Shown: in pieces, positions 1 to 12,032 of the stretch
How the letters are laid out: each line of letters starts with the position of its first letter
How positions within the stretch are numbered: position 1 is the first letter of the stretch
Assembly: GCA_002269645.1 (NCBI GenBank)
Contig: NIVC01000238.1
Coordinates: 103,118 to 167,117, forward strand
DNA: 64,000 nucleotides
Direction of reading: 5' to 3'
From: Macrostomum lignano
Taxonomy: Eukaryota
Translations under genes and position numbers: made by a program
Notes under the pieces: generated by a model
Database searches by the model: none
What the model saw: only the letters and a program-made list of their open reading frames with translations
Told to the model about the DNA's origin: nothing

Positions 1-84
1 GGTCAAATAACAACAGTTTCTTAAATGGTAAATTAAAAGAATCCACGACCGTTTCAATCAGCAGTTTGATTGATGTCAATGTAG

Positions 85-575
85 GACAACAAGGAGAGGC
101 CGGCAGAAACGGTTCCGACAGCAAGGGCGCCAAAAGCGCACACGCGGGATTCGGCGGCACCAACGGTCAGCCGGGCTCCAACAGCCCCGCTAACACCCCA
201 AGCAAAAGCAACCACGGCGGCTGCGGCGCCGGCTGGCTCGGCAGGGCCGTCAGCCCCAGACGGAGCTCCTCGGACGGAGAGAGAGGAGGCAGTCTGGCCG
301 ACGGCTTGGTCGGCGGCAGCGCCGGAGACGGCAGCGTCTGCCATGGAGGCTTCGGCGGAGGCGGTGGAGGCGGCAGCAGGACCAGCTCACTGAAAGGCGC
401 CCCTGGAGCTGGCGGAGGCTTCAGCGGTGGCGGAGCCGGACTGAGCTTCGGCCACATCGGCGGCGGCGGTGGCTCCTTCTGCAGGGGCGGCTGCGTGTTC
501 GGCGGCACCTGGACCGTCGACCAGGGCTTCGTGTCCGTGCTTCTGGAGTCGGCCGCCTGCGACTCGCGCACCTGA
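85..575 (+). CDS. Last exon of secreted PAN-like/ALK-LTK glycine-rich-domain gene, copy A (upstream exons outside window)
   Basis: Acceptor gtcaatgtag|GA at 84/85; translates GQQGEAGRNGS...GGCGAGWLG...GGFGGGGGGG...GAGGGFSGGG...GGGGGSF...GFVSV; near-identical to 60689-61179. Confidence 0.85.
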
Positions 576-1714
576 TGCCACTGCAACCGCTTGTTGAAGT
601 GGGGATTGGCCAGTAATACTTTAACTCTGACGGTCACTGTTTAGGATATTCACAACCCTTAATCTGACTTTTTCACTCTTCTATATGTAATCAATATATA
701 ACATTATGCTGTTGAACCAATCAATCAGTTTCAATACCTCAATTCGCAGAACTTTGAATTCAAACATATTCGCAAAATACTACTGCTTGGGATGAGAACA
801 TTGTGACTAGTGCTGCACTTCACAGTTGAGTTACATGTAAATTTAACTACTCACCAACTTCTCATCACTAGTAGCGTATGCGCATTTTAAAGTGCATAGC
901 TTGAAACCCAAGCGATTTCAAGGCGAATCGTTGTGACTTTCACTCAAGATTTGTTAGATTTCTAATCAGCTTCGCTTTCATGCTTAGAAACCATTTTGCT
1001 GTTTTCTTCCTGAAATCACGTCAAACTGAACTGTTATTTAACTGATTCTTGAATCTTTAACTGCTTCTGACTTTGCACTCAGACAACTCAAAAGGTTTTC
1101 AATTCCGGCTAATTACGAACTAATAAATACTGAAAGCACTCGGACGTCCCATGCAAGCCGCTCGTCTTTTTTTCCTACCAGAGGATTTCTGGAGGTTTTT
1201 TTGGACGAGCGGAATACATTTGTGTGCTCAGCTGTCTTTCAGTGCCTGCTTTTGGCTTCTTAACGGAAAGCTCTATAAGTATCAATCTTCTCTCACTATA
1301 AAAATAAAAACTGTGTGTACAATCTTGCTCGCTAGGTTAGAGGAATTCTAACCCAGGCAGCAAACTCTGCAGCAGTTAACCAGTGGATGGCAAATCAAGG
1401 CAATGCAGCATGGTTTTGTAAAAGTAAAAAATTTATAAAAAAGCGATTACAATACAAACCTACATGTTTTTGACGCCATGGAAATTTTAACACAAAGTCT
1501 CACTTAAAGATACTTTAAAATTTAAATGCCTTCAAAGAAATGTGCATTTCCTTGATTGTAAGACTGCTGCAGACTGCAGTGGAGCTGGTGATACACAAAT
1601 TCCTTTCAGGGCTGCAAATTGGCCAGAAAGATGACGTGATCGAAGCAGTCAGCAAGAGGCTAACGGAATGAAGCAACCATGAGAGTAATCCGTTCCAAAA
1701 ACTGGCTTTCGAAG

Positions 1715-1896
1715 CAGGGGTCGGCGAAAGAGAAAAGAGAAATGAGAGAGGAAAGAGAAGAGAGAGATGAGAAGAGATAAGAAAGCAAAGATAAAAGAGA
1801 AGAAAGGAGAGATGAGATGAGAGGATAGAGAAGTTTCAAAGGACTAAAGGGATGTAGAGAGAGTCAGGGGCCAGAGACCGGGTTTGCCAATGCCTG
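1715..1896. mobile_element. Possible old hAT-type MITE with AG-rich interior
   Basis: Imperfect inverted ends CAGGGGTCGGCGAAA / TTTGCCAATGCCTG; no clean 8-bp TSD (tttcgaag vs ctttagac). Confidence 0.3.
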
Positions 1897-2689
1897 CTTT
1901 AGACAGACGTTGCCTGACATTCTGCGCTGTACCCCAGCCGACGAGATCAATGCTTCACTCAAATCTTCATGCAACACGAATTTACTCCATTTTATGTCTA
2001 CCTCTATCCTAAGTATTAGCGAGTTTTTTAGGTATGACTTCAGATTTAAGAATGTAGGTCGAAATAGTTCCGGGGATTGGAATTCAGCGGGTTCAGAATC
2101 CGCGGGTTTCAACAGCTTGTAGAGCCATAAGAAATGCAGGACATCTCAAAAGATGAAAACTGGGTATGCCTCCTATCAAAAGCAATTTAACTTTTTGTGC
2201 TGAAACAGTGAAACCTCCTATAAATAAAAGCAAAACAATACGCATTGATCTAATCTAGCCATGACTGTGACAAAATATTGGCATGATACTTCCTGAGTTG
2301 CATTTTCGCATAATGTATATCGATGCCACTTTCCTGACTAGATTCAAGTTTTAGCCGGTCATGTTGCTAAATGGCAGTTGTCAGATAAGTGTAGTGTTTG
2401 GGAGGCTATATGGCAGGATAGGACACAACGGTCGCAGTTCAGACACACAGGTGGACCAGCTGCAACCGTTTTGCGCCGGCTACCATTGGCTCTAAGAATT
2501 TTGAGGCAATGCAATGTTCAGATTGGCATCTCAGAGGCTAAGAAGATGATTGGCTCAGAAACGTATTATGAGTGTATAATTCTTGTAGCACGGACACGAA
2601 ACTACACCAAACCAACACCTCTGAACTGTAAAAAGCAAGTCTAAGTAGTAATAAAAACTATTTTCTTAGGAGAGCAAACCATATTAGCC

Positions 2690-3261
2690 ATGTTCACACT
2701 CCTAGAAGTTCCATGCTGCCTGTTCAGCCTGCTGTCTGTCGCGTCCGGTGTCTGCGTCCACTTCCGCGTCATCTCCGGTGTCCCGGAAACGTGACCGACC
2801 TGTCGCAGGTCAGCGGAGTTCGAGACCCTCGCAGCTGCTCGGTGGAGTGCGCAGTGCGACCCAACTGCACCGCCGTGTTCAAGCGAGACGGCACTTGCTA
2901 TCTGGCCACTGCCGCTCAGTATGAGGCGCTGTGGAGACCGCTGGACTGCGTCAGCGAGGTCAGTTGGCTCTCTGTCATTTCGTTCTGTCTTGTTTTTATA
3001 TTGCCTATTGTGAATTGCATTGAGCCAGCCTCAACCACTGCTCCAGCCTTAACTACTGCTCACGCCTCAAGCACCGCCACTGCTTCCCAAACAGCGCCCT
3101 CAAGTATTTCCTGTTCCAATCGAAAGTCGAGATGCAGCAAACTCAATTCGGTTGCGAGAGACTGCGACAGCAACAATCACTATTTGTACTGCTACTTATG
3201 GTTCTACATCCGATGGAATTGCGCTAGTGGCACGAGTCGCGATGCTGGCACTTGCCCCTAG
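2690..3261 (+). pseudogene. PAN/apple-mucin-ChtBD2-like gene copy 1, frameshifted, with exon-2 acceptor deleted
   Basis: ATG 2690 gives MFTLLEVPCCLFSLLSVASGVCVHF, then 1-nt-short ggtgtcccgga leads to TGA 2792-2794; PAN core continues in the frame of ORF 2713-3261, which ends in CSNRKSRC...YLYC...CASGTSRDAGTCP*. Confidence 0.7.
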
Positions 3262-3297
3262 TTTGTGGCAGGGTGTCTCACATGAAAATTTAACTGC

Positions 3298-4693
3298 TGC
3301 AGCCTCAAGCACCGCCACTGCTCCAGCCTCAAGCACCGCCACTGCTCCAGCCTCAAGCACCGCCACTGCTCCAGCCTCAAACACCGCCACTGCTCCAGCC
3401 TCAAGCACCGCCACTGCTCAAGCCTCAAGCACCGCCACTGCTCCAGCCTCAAACACCGCCACTGCTCCAGCCTCAAGCACCGCCACTGGTCTCGCCTCAA
3501 GCACCGCCACTGCTCACGCCTCAAGCACCGCCACTGCTCCAGCCTCAAGCACCGCCACTGCTCCAGCCTCACACCGCCACTGCTCCAGCCTCAAGCACCG
3601 CCACTGCTCCAGCCTCAAGCACCGCCACTGGTCTCGCCTCAAGCACCGCCACTGCTCACGCCTCAAGCACCGCCACTGCTCCAGCCTCAAGCACCGCCAC
3701 TGCTCCAGCCTCACACCGCCACTGCTCCAGCCTCAAGCACCGCCACTGCTCCAGCCTCAAGCACCGCCACTGCTCCAGCCTCAAGCACCGCCACTGCTCC
3801 AGCCTCAAGCACCGCCACTGCTCACGCCTCAAGCACCGCCACTGCTCAAGCCTCAAGCACCGCCACTGCTCCAGCCTCAAGCACCGCCACTGCTCCAGCC
3901 TCAAGCACCGCCACTGCTCCAGCCTCAAGCACCGCCACTGGTCTCGCCTCAAGCACCGCCACTGCTCACGCCTCAAGCACCGCCACTGCTCAAGCCTCAA
4001 GCACCGCCACTGCTCCAGCCTCAAGCACCGCCACTGGTCTCGCCTCAAGCACCGCCACTGCTCACGCCTCAAGCACCGCCACTGCTCCAGCCTCAAGCAC
4101 CGCCACTGCTCCAGCCTCACACCGCCACTGCTCCAGCCTCAAGCACCGCCACTGCTCCAGCCTCAAGCACCGCCACTGGTCTCGCCTCAAGCACCGCCAC
4201 TGCTCACGCCTCAAGCACCGCCACTGCTCCAGCCTCAAGCACCGCCACTGCTCCAGCCTCACACCGCCACTGCTCCAGCCTCAAGCACCGCCACTGCTCC
4301 AGCCTCAAGCACCGCCACTGCTCCAGCCTCAAGCACCGCCACTGCTCCAGCCTCAAGCACCGCCACTGCTCACGCCTCAAGCACCGCCACTGCTCAAGCC
4401 TCAAGCACCGCCACTGCTCCAGCCTCAAGCACCGCCACTGCTCCAGCCTCAAGCACCGCCACTGCTCCAGCCTCAAGCACCGCCACTGGTCTCGCCTCAA
4501 GCACCGCCACTGCTCACGCCTCAAGCACCGCCACTGCTCAAGCCTCAAGCACCGCCACTGCTCCAGCCTCAAACACCGCCACTGCTCCAGCCTCAAGCAC
4601 CGCCACTGGTCTCGCCTCAAGCACCGCCACTGCTCACGCCTCAAGCACCGCCACTGCTCCAGCCTCAAGCACCGCCACTGCTCCAGCCTCAAG
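3298..4693 (+). repeat. 24-bp minisatellite (CCAGCCTCAAGCACCGCCACTGCT, mucin-type TATAPASS) with an internal 548-bp block duplication
   Basis: About 58 units; 2-nt deletions (gcctcacaccgcc) recur with a 548-nt offset (paired ORFs 3514/4062 and ending 3572/4120). Confidence 0.95.
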
Positions 4694-6514
4694 CGGGACG
4701 GGAAACTACAAAATTTGGAAGCCGATTTATAAATGACTCAGTCCTCGAAAAACATTACTTGGATAGTTTACAGCACAGTCACAAAAGTATCCAAGTAATG
4801 TTTTTTGAGAATCAAGTTATAAATATGTCGGGCTTCAACTTTCGTCGTCTCCCATCCCTAGTATTGAATAGTCCCGGCATGTGACCGCTGGACAGCTTTA
4901 ATTAAGATCGTTGCGTTGCCCTAAGAACTTCTGCTACTCTTTGAATGCAAACAGCTGGCTAAAAACTAATCCAAATAAAGTTTAGACTGTTTTGGAATAG
5001 TTAGAATTCCTTTCAACAACTATTTATTTCGTGAAACTTCATATTAATTACAAAATAAACAAATGAATTCTTAGTTTGACTGTTAAATATTTTTACTCGG
5101 TGATATAATGGCAGTCTTTTAAAATATTTTTGCCCTTATTTTTTTAATCTATTTTCGAAAGTCAAACTAAGAGTCCTGTCTTCATAGAGCAAATAATCAT
5201 TGCATTGCTAATTAGCTTGCTAGATATGAATAAGAGAAGACAAAAATGTTTACCGTAGGTGGCTTCTTATCTTCTTATCTTCCTATCTTATCTTCTAGAT
5301 TTAGCCGTTTCTTGGACATTTTGAATGATAATATTTTTCACTCAAAGAAACAATACGACCGTATTTTGATAATACAGTACGAATATTGTGTGAATTTACT
5401 GAAATTCAAATGAATTTTCTTTGGTTGATTCAATTTCTCTATATAAGGAAAAATCCAGACTTCGTATAAAAAGCGCATATATTTAATATACTATTTTTAA
5501 CCTTGAAGGTAAAGTCATGATGCAGAGTAAATAGCGAGATCGGCGATAAACGCTTCTCTTTTTAATCACATTAATTTGAGGCTTGGCGTCCACGAAAAAC
5601 TGGCCTGTGGGTGGTTTAAACAATTAGAATGTCATGTACACCCATTGTGAGCAAGTGCATGGATGTGTGCCTGCATACAGTATTGGTGCCTTTTAAGTTG
5701 CGTTACCCCAAATTCCTCTGACGGCTCGGGAGTCAGAGGAATGCACAGAATTGCCATCGCCAGGATGCCCATGTACAGACTCCTGCGAGTATGGTCAAAG
5801 TAAAATTCTACTTCAATATGAAAATGAAATGTCCATAACGGATACTTTCTATGCATTTAGCTGCTCATAATATGAATAAAAAGGGCTCAATAATGCCTGC
5901 ATTAAACTAACTTGTGTAGCATACTACTTCGAGTAATATATCTACTACATGTACGCTCACCCGCGGTATTCTTAGTGAGTACATTACTTTTTCCAGTTCC
6001 ACTGCCGACTGCTTGCACTAATAAAACCAGAATAAAACTGCAGCTAACATCTCTCGTTATAAAGCAAATTGACAAGTCTGTCAAAAAAATAGCGTTTTAA
6101 AAGCTTGCGTGCAAAATACGGGGACTTTAAGTGGCTCTCTCAGGAAGAGGCAGTCAAGTAACAACCATCAGTAGCATACTTCTTGTATCTAGAAAGGAAA
6201 CTCTAAGATATCGAAAAAAATTTGACAACAATTTTTAACAGCAGCAGCTTATTCCTTCGGCTGTTTACCAAAGAGGCAACTGTAACTAATGTACATAACA
6301 CTAGAACCTCCCAGGAGCAGATGTATTGACTTTTTATACAGGAATGGCACTAGAGTGTAAACACTTGTCTACTTAAGCATCTGCCAATCTTTAAAAATAC
6401 CTCTTAACGCCTTGAGTATTGTATCATCCTCTCAAGCACAGTGGCATGTGCATAAAATGCGTGGTTAGACTCTGAAAGCGTCTTTTCAAAAAGCAGAGTA
6501 AAAATTTAAACACC

Positions 6515-7062
6515 ATGAAGCCACCTAAAATGGTCATCTGCTTACTCAGCCTGCTGTCCGTCGCGTCCGGAGTCTGCGTCCGCTTCCGCGTCGTCCCCGG
6601 TTGCCCCAAGAACGTGAGCGACCTGTCGCAGGTCAACGGAGTTCGAGACCCTCGTGTCTGCTCTGTGGAGTGCGCAGTGCGACCCAACTGCACCGCCGTG
6701 TTCAAGCGAGACGGCACTTGCTATCTGGCCACTGCCGCTCAGTATGAGGCGCTGTGGAGACCCCTGGACTGCGTCAGCGAGGTCAGTCGGTATCTGTTGT
6801 CCTGTATCTGAAACAGGTCGTACTTTTGTGCGGTTTACCTTAGCAAATGTGACTGAATGTTTTAGGTCGTTGACGATCGGCTTTCCAATTCTGCTGAGGC
6901 AACAAGTTTTAAGACTGAGCTTGCCACCACAAGAGCCACAACTACTGCCACCGCTGCAGCCTCCACTGCTGCTCCAGCCTTAACTGCTACTGCAGCCCAA
7001 CTGCTGCAGCCTCAACCACTACTCCAGCCTCTACCACTGCCACTGCTTCTAAAATCATCAAG
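6515..7062 (+). CDS. PAN/apple-mucin gene copy 2 (exons 6515-6781, 6866-7062; probable further exon)
   Basis: Signal peptide MKPPKMVICLLSLLSVASG; GAG|GTCAGT donor; tttag|GTCGTTGAC acceptor; one missing C at about 6996 (gcagcccaact); AAG|GTATGC donor at 7063. Confidence 0.75.
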
Positions 7063-7601
7063 GTATGCTGCGGAATTAATTTTCAATGTTTGTGAAAATC
7101 TTTTTTTGAAAATAGGCTTTTTAGCTAAACGCATTTGGCATATACTTTTAACTACAGATGTTTTACGACCAAATCGACGATGTGACATTGCCGTCTGTGT
7201 CGGAAAAGCGGTTTTCTAATAATCGAAACCCTGGAAAAAGAAAATAACACTTCTTATGCAGCATGATCGATTTAAGCAGGAAGTTTAGATAGACAAAGTT
7301 TATTTGACATTTTGTATCAAAACTACTGCCATAAAAGTTTGCAACTGTTGCTGCGCAATCACTTTCTAAGCCCAGCGTACATATTTGTCAATAGTTAAGC
7401 AGAGTGCTGTATCGGTTTTTACCTAAGAACTCCGGCCATCTGTGAAAAGTATACGAGCTAAAGCAGCATGAGTGCTTGCTGAAACGTTTGTTTACGTTAA
7501 AAAGCCATTGTAATTTAGAGAAATATTAATAAGCTAGTTTATTTATTCAATCAAAAAGACATTTCTGAATTAAATCCAAAGGGGTCCAGCACTGAGCCCA
7601 G

Positions 7602-7722
7602 CACTATATTATCTGCCAATGCCCGGCCTTTACCAAAGATCGTCCTCTGATGAGGTCTGTGTACCCGAGAACTGCACTGAAGACCAAACCGAAGGAAGGC
7701 TCACCAAACCTCCCTGACTGGC
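7602..7722 (+). mobile_element. Degenerate 3' fragment of a non-LTR retrotransposon
   Basis: Translates HYIICQCPAFTKDR, like KYFVCYCPVFNRDR at 52.77 kb, and shares cctccctgac with that element's stop region. Confidence 0.5.
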
Positions 7723-8869
7723 TACACGCCTTTGTTGCAAGCTGGTTTTTCATGGATTATTAAAATGTGGCGCTCCCGTCTCCCCGTTGTTTTCTCTTCT
7801 GGTCACCCTGAAGCAAATTCAAGTAAGTCTTAATGAATAGGAAGAGAATGAACTGCATAGGTGTAGCTTAGGTCATTTTTTCATAAATACATTGTTTACC
7901 GAACGATATGAGCTCTCTTCGTGCACTCTACGTTTTCTTGGTTGCTTTCTGGCTGCCCAAGCATTGGGGCTGTCTTTGTCTCAGCACCCATTGATGCCAT
8001 CTTTTCGTGCTTTTCTTACCGCCGATATTCAGTGTATTTGACGATACCGAATCATATTAATTTATAGGTCTCTTTCAAAAGCGCTTCAAGCAGTTCAAGG
8101 AGCTTACTTCTCAATTATAAAGAATTTTATTACGATCGACAAGCGTTTTGAGGATGTTCTACTTAAAGAAACTTGTAACTCCAAAGAAAATACTTGGTAC
8201 ATGTACCACGAACAAAGCACTTAGGTAGATTATCGTAAGCACTTCTCGGAGCTACATTTAGATTAGGTCGAAGCGAAGGATCTTCCTCTAAGGATTATAT
8301 TTTGTATAGACTTATTCTGTTGTTGCAGAATTTGTCTAGTGCATTCTGGGCTGCTGTCTAGGTAGGGTAGGGTAGAATAATCTAAGCATAATGCATTTAT
8401 GATGGTAATGACGATTTGTTATGCAAACTTATTGAGCGGTTTTTTAAATACATTTCAAACTTTTATCATGCTATAGGAAACCGATAATGGTTTCCGTACG
8501 CTTGTACTTGAAGCTTCCATCGGATATAGTATAGGCTAACTTGCAGCAAAACAGTACTTATCTGATACTATTAGAGAAATTGTACAACGCAATTCTGTCA
8601 AAGAATGCAGAAACGATGCAACTAAACGCTTTTAAAGTGGCTCCTCTCTGACAGCAAATGAGTGATACCCTACTTTGCTATCCAGCAATGAAAAACCTAA
8701 TGAACCAGTGGGTCTACAAACTTCTTGACGAAGTTTTTTCCTAAAAATACGAGCTTAAGATGCAAATTCTGTCAGAGTCAGAACTGCTGGCCTGCTGCCT
8801 GCTTTGGCTGAGTTCCAACTTCATGCTACTTCGATTTTCACAACAATTACTCTGGCTGACACCATTCTA

Positions 8870-10330
8870 ACCGACACCTCTCTGACTGACAAATCTCCGA
8901 CTGACATAATTCAAACAGACACAACTTGGGCTGACACATCTCACACATCTCCGACTGATAAATCTCCGCCTGACACATCTCCGCCTGACACATCTCCGCC
9001 TGACACATCTCCGACTGACAAATATCCGACTGACACATCTCCGACTGACATATCTCCGCCTGACACATCTCCGACTGACACATCTCCGCCTGACACATCT
9101 CCGCCTGACACATCTCCGACTGACAAATCTCCGACTGACACATCTCCGACTGACACATCTCCGACTGACACATCTCCGACTGACACATCTCCGACTGACA
9201 CATCTCCGACTGACACATCTCCGACTGACAAATCTCCGACTGACACATCTCCGACTGACAAATCTCCGACTGACACATCTCCGACTGACACATCTCCGAC
9301 TGACACATCTCCGACTGACACATCTCCGACTGACACATCTCCGACTGACACATCTCTGACTGATAAATCTCTGACTGATAAAATCTCCGCCTGACACATC
9401 TCCGACTGACACATCTCCGACTGACACATCTCCGACTGACACATCTCCGACTGACACATCTCCGACTGACACATCTCCGACTGACACATCTCCGACTGAT
9501 AAATCTCTGACAGATAAAATCTCCGCCTGACACATCTTCGACTGACACATCTCCAAATGGTAAATCTCCGACTGACACATCTCCGACTGACACATCTCCG
9601 ACTGACACATCTTCGATTAATAGATCTCCGACTGATAAATCTCCGCCTGACATATCTCCCACTGACGCATCTCCGACTGACACATCTCCGACTGACAAAT
9701 CTCCGACTGACACATCTCCGACTGACGCATCTCTGACTGATAAATCTCCGCCTGACACATCTCCGACTGACACATCTCCGAATGGTAAATCTCCGACTGA
9801 CACAACTCCGACTGACACATCTCCGACTGATACATCTCCGACTGACACATCTCCGCCTGACGCATCTCCGACTGACGCATCTCCTACTGACACATCTCCG
9901 ACTGACACATCTCCGACTGATAAATCTCTGACTGATAAAATCTCCGACTGACACATCTTCGACTGACGCATCTCCTACTGACGCATCTCCGACTGACACA
10001 TCTCCGACTGACACATCTCCGACTGACGCATCTCCGACTGACACATCTCCGACTGACACATCTCCGACTGACACATCTCTGACTGACACATCTCCGACTG
10101 ACAAATCTCCGACTGACACATCTCTGACTGACACATCTCTGACTGACACATCTCTGACTGACACATCTCCGACTGACACATCTCCGACTGACACATCTCC
10201 GACTGACACATCTCCGACTGACACATCTCCGACTGACACATCTCCGACTGACACATCTCCGACTGACACATATCCGACTGACACATCTCCGACTGACACA
10301 TCTCCGACTGATACAACCCTGACTGACATG
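8870..10330 (+). repeat. 15-bp minisatellite (GACACATCTCCGACT, reading DTSPT)
   Basis: About 97 units; + frame is stop-free except for shifts at extra-A units (gataaaatctcc near 9380, 9517, 9937); possible donor CCAG|GTAACA at about 10339. Confidence 0.95.
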
Positions 10331-10955
10331 AACTCCAGGTAACAAAAATTCGACTGACACAAGTTTGTGTGTTTGAGTTTTTATGACCTAGTTCGTTATG
10401 AACTAAATTGTGTAAATCAAATAATTATTAATTAAATGAATATTAAAAATAACAAATACTTGGTTAACAAACACGTTAATCAGTGGTAATAATCAAAAAA
10501 GTGTCCACAATCCTATTTGTTAGGTAGGCTACAGAATTCTACTTAATAATAATTTTGAGCTTAACAAAATTTAATAATCTGTCTAATTACCAGACAGCTA
10601 AAAATTTTTATGTAGCGCTACTTTTTCAAATGTAAATTGAATTTTCTGTTACTTTCTTCGTTTGCATTCGAGAAATTCATGCTATATATAGAATATATTG
10701 TACTTAGTGTGACATATAGGGTAAATAAAAACTAGGCTATTAAGCTCACTTCAGACAAACAAAAATATTCTCATTCAAGTTTAAGGATCTAGCCTTATCT
10801 AGCCTACGTCCTTAATGGCAGTCAGCTGAATTTCTTATTCAAACATCTTCAGCCATTGGATATTGCCAATGCTATCCTATTCCTATAAATTTGCTATCAA
10901 ATGCTCGAGCCTAGGGTAAATTTCAGTTGAAAGCATTAGGCATTCAATTAGGAAA

Positions 10956-12032
10956 ATGTTTTTTAACAATAAAAATAAAATGCCTACGATTCAGACTTCA
11001 GCGCTCACTGTCTCCTGCCTGCTCAGCCTGCTGTCCGTTGCGTCCGGAGTCTGCGTCCGCTTCCGCGTCGTCTCTGGTTGCCCAGGAAACGTGATCGACC
11101 TGTCGCAGGTCAGCGGAGTTCAAGACCCTCGCACCTGCTCGGTGGAGTGCGCAGTGCGACCCAACTGCACCGCCGTGTTCAAGCGAGACGGCACTTGCTA
11201 TCTGGCCACTGCCGCTCAGTATGAGGCGCTGTGGAGACCCCTGGACTGCGTCAGCGAGGTCAGCCGGCTTTTCACCTTTGCTGTTGGACCAGTTTTGTGT
11301 AATTTGATCAAGCCAACCATCATTCAGGCATAACTGTGAACTGCGCTATTTTATGTCCGGATTTTTTAGGTCGTTGACGATCGGCTTCCTTTCACCTCTG
11401 CCGAGGGAACAACAAAAGGTTTGGAGCTTGCCAACACTTTGCCCGTAGCCTCAACCACTGCTCTAGCCTCAACCACTGCTCCAGCCTCAACAACTGCTCC
11501 AGCCTCAACCACTGCTCCAGCCTCAACCACTGCTCCAGCCTCAACCATTTCTACAGCCTCAACCACTGCTCCTGACTCAACCATTTCTACAGCCTCAACC
11601 ACTGCTCCTGACTCAACCACTGCTCCTGACTCAACCACTGCTCCTGACTCAACCACTGCTCCTGACTCAACCACTGCTCCTGACTCAACCACTGCTCCTG
11701 ACTCAACCACTGCTCCTGACTCAACCACTGCTTCAGCCTCAACCACCACCACTGCTCCAGCCTCAACCACAGCTTCAAAACCGGAAGTCAAAATTGATGG
11801 CGGAACTCTAGCTGCAACAGCGGTTGAAAATGCCGACGATAAGACAGTTTCCGAAGTTTCGACACCGACTGAATCGAGTACTGTGTTCATTGCCTACAAA
11901 GAAGCAACAACAAAACCTGCTGAAGTCGCCAAGCCAACAACTGCCGTTCGGGAAGCTGCTTTTCGTAGAACAACGATGAAAAGTGATGAAAAGGGAATTT
12001 TGGAGAAAGTTGGAGATTTCTTGCTTGGATAG
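10956..12032 (+). CDS. PAN/apple-mucin gene copy 3, intact (exons 10956-11258, 11370-12032)
   Basis: Signal-like LSLLSVASG + PAN core; 111-nt phase-0 intron; exon 2 in frame with ORF 11421-12032: (TTAPAS/TTAPDS)n then a charged tail without Cys domain. Confidence 0.85.

Larger units (their letters stand above)
1..3184 (+). repeat. Segmental duplication unit A (Gly-rich last exon + spacer + PAN gene)
   Basis: Colinear and near-identical with 60605-64000 (initial offset 60604); more diverged copy at about 48066-51580. Confidence 0.95.

Noticed and set aside
66-575. Bacterial PE-PGRS or horizontal-transfer interpretation of the Gly-rich ORFs
   Set aside because: Gene has spliceosomal introns and ALK/LTK-type motifs; no PE domain.
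3258-4692. Long LEQWRCLR / HRHCSSLK / PPLLQPQA ORFs and similar ORFs at 8.8-10.4, 14.7, 29.5, 31.8 kb
   Set aside because: Alternative-frame or antisense readings of tandem repeats.
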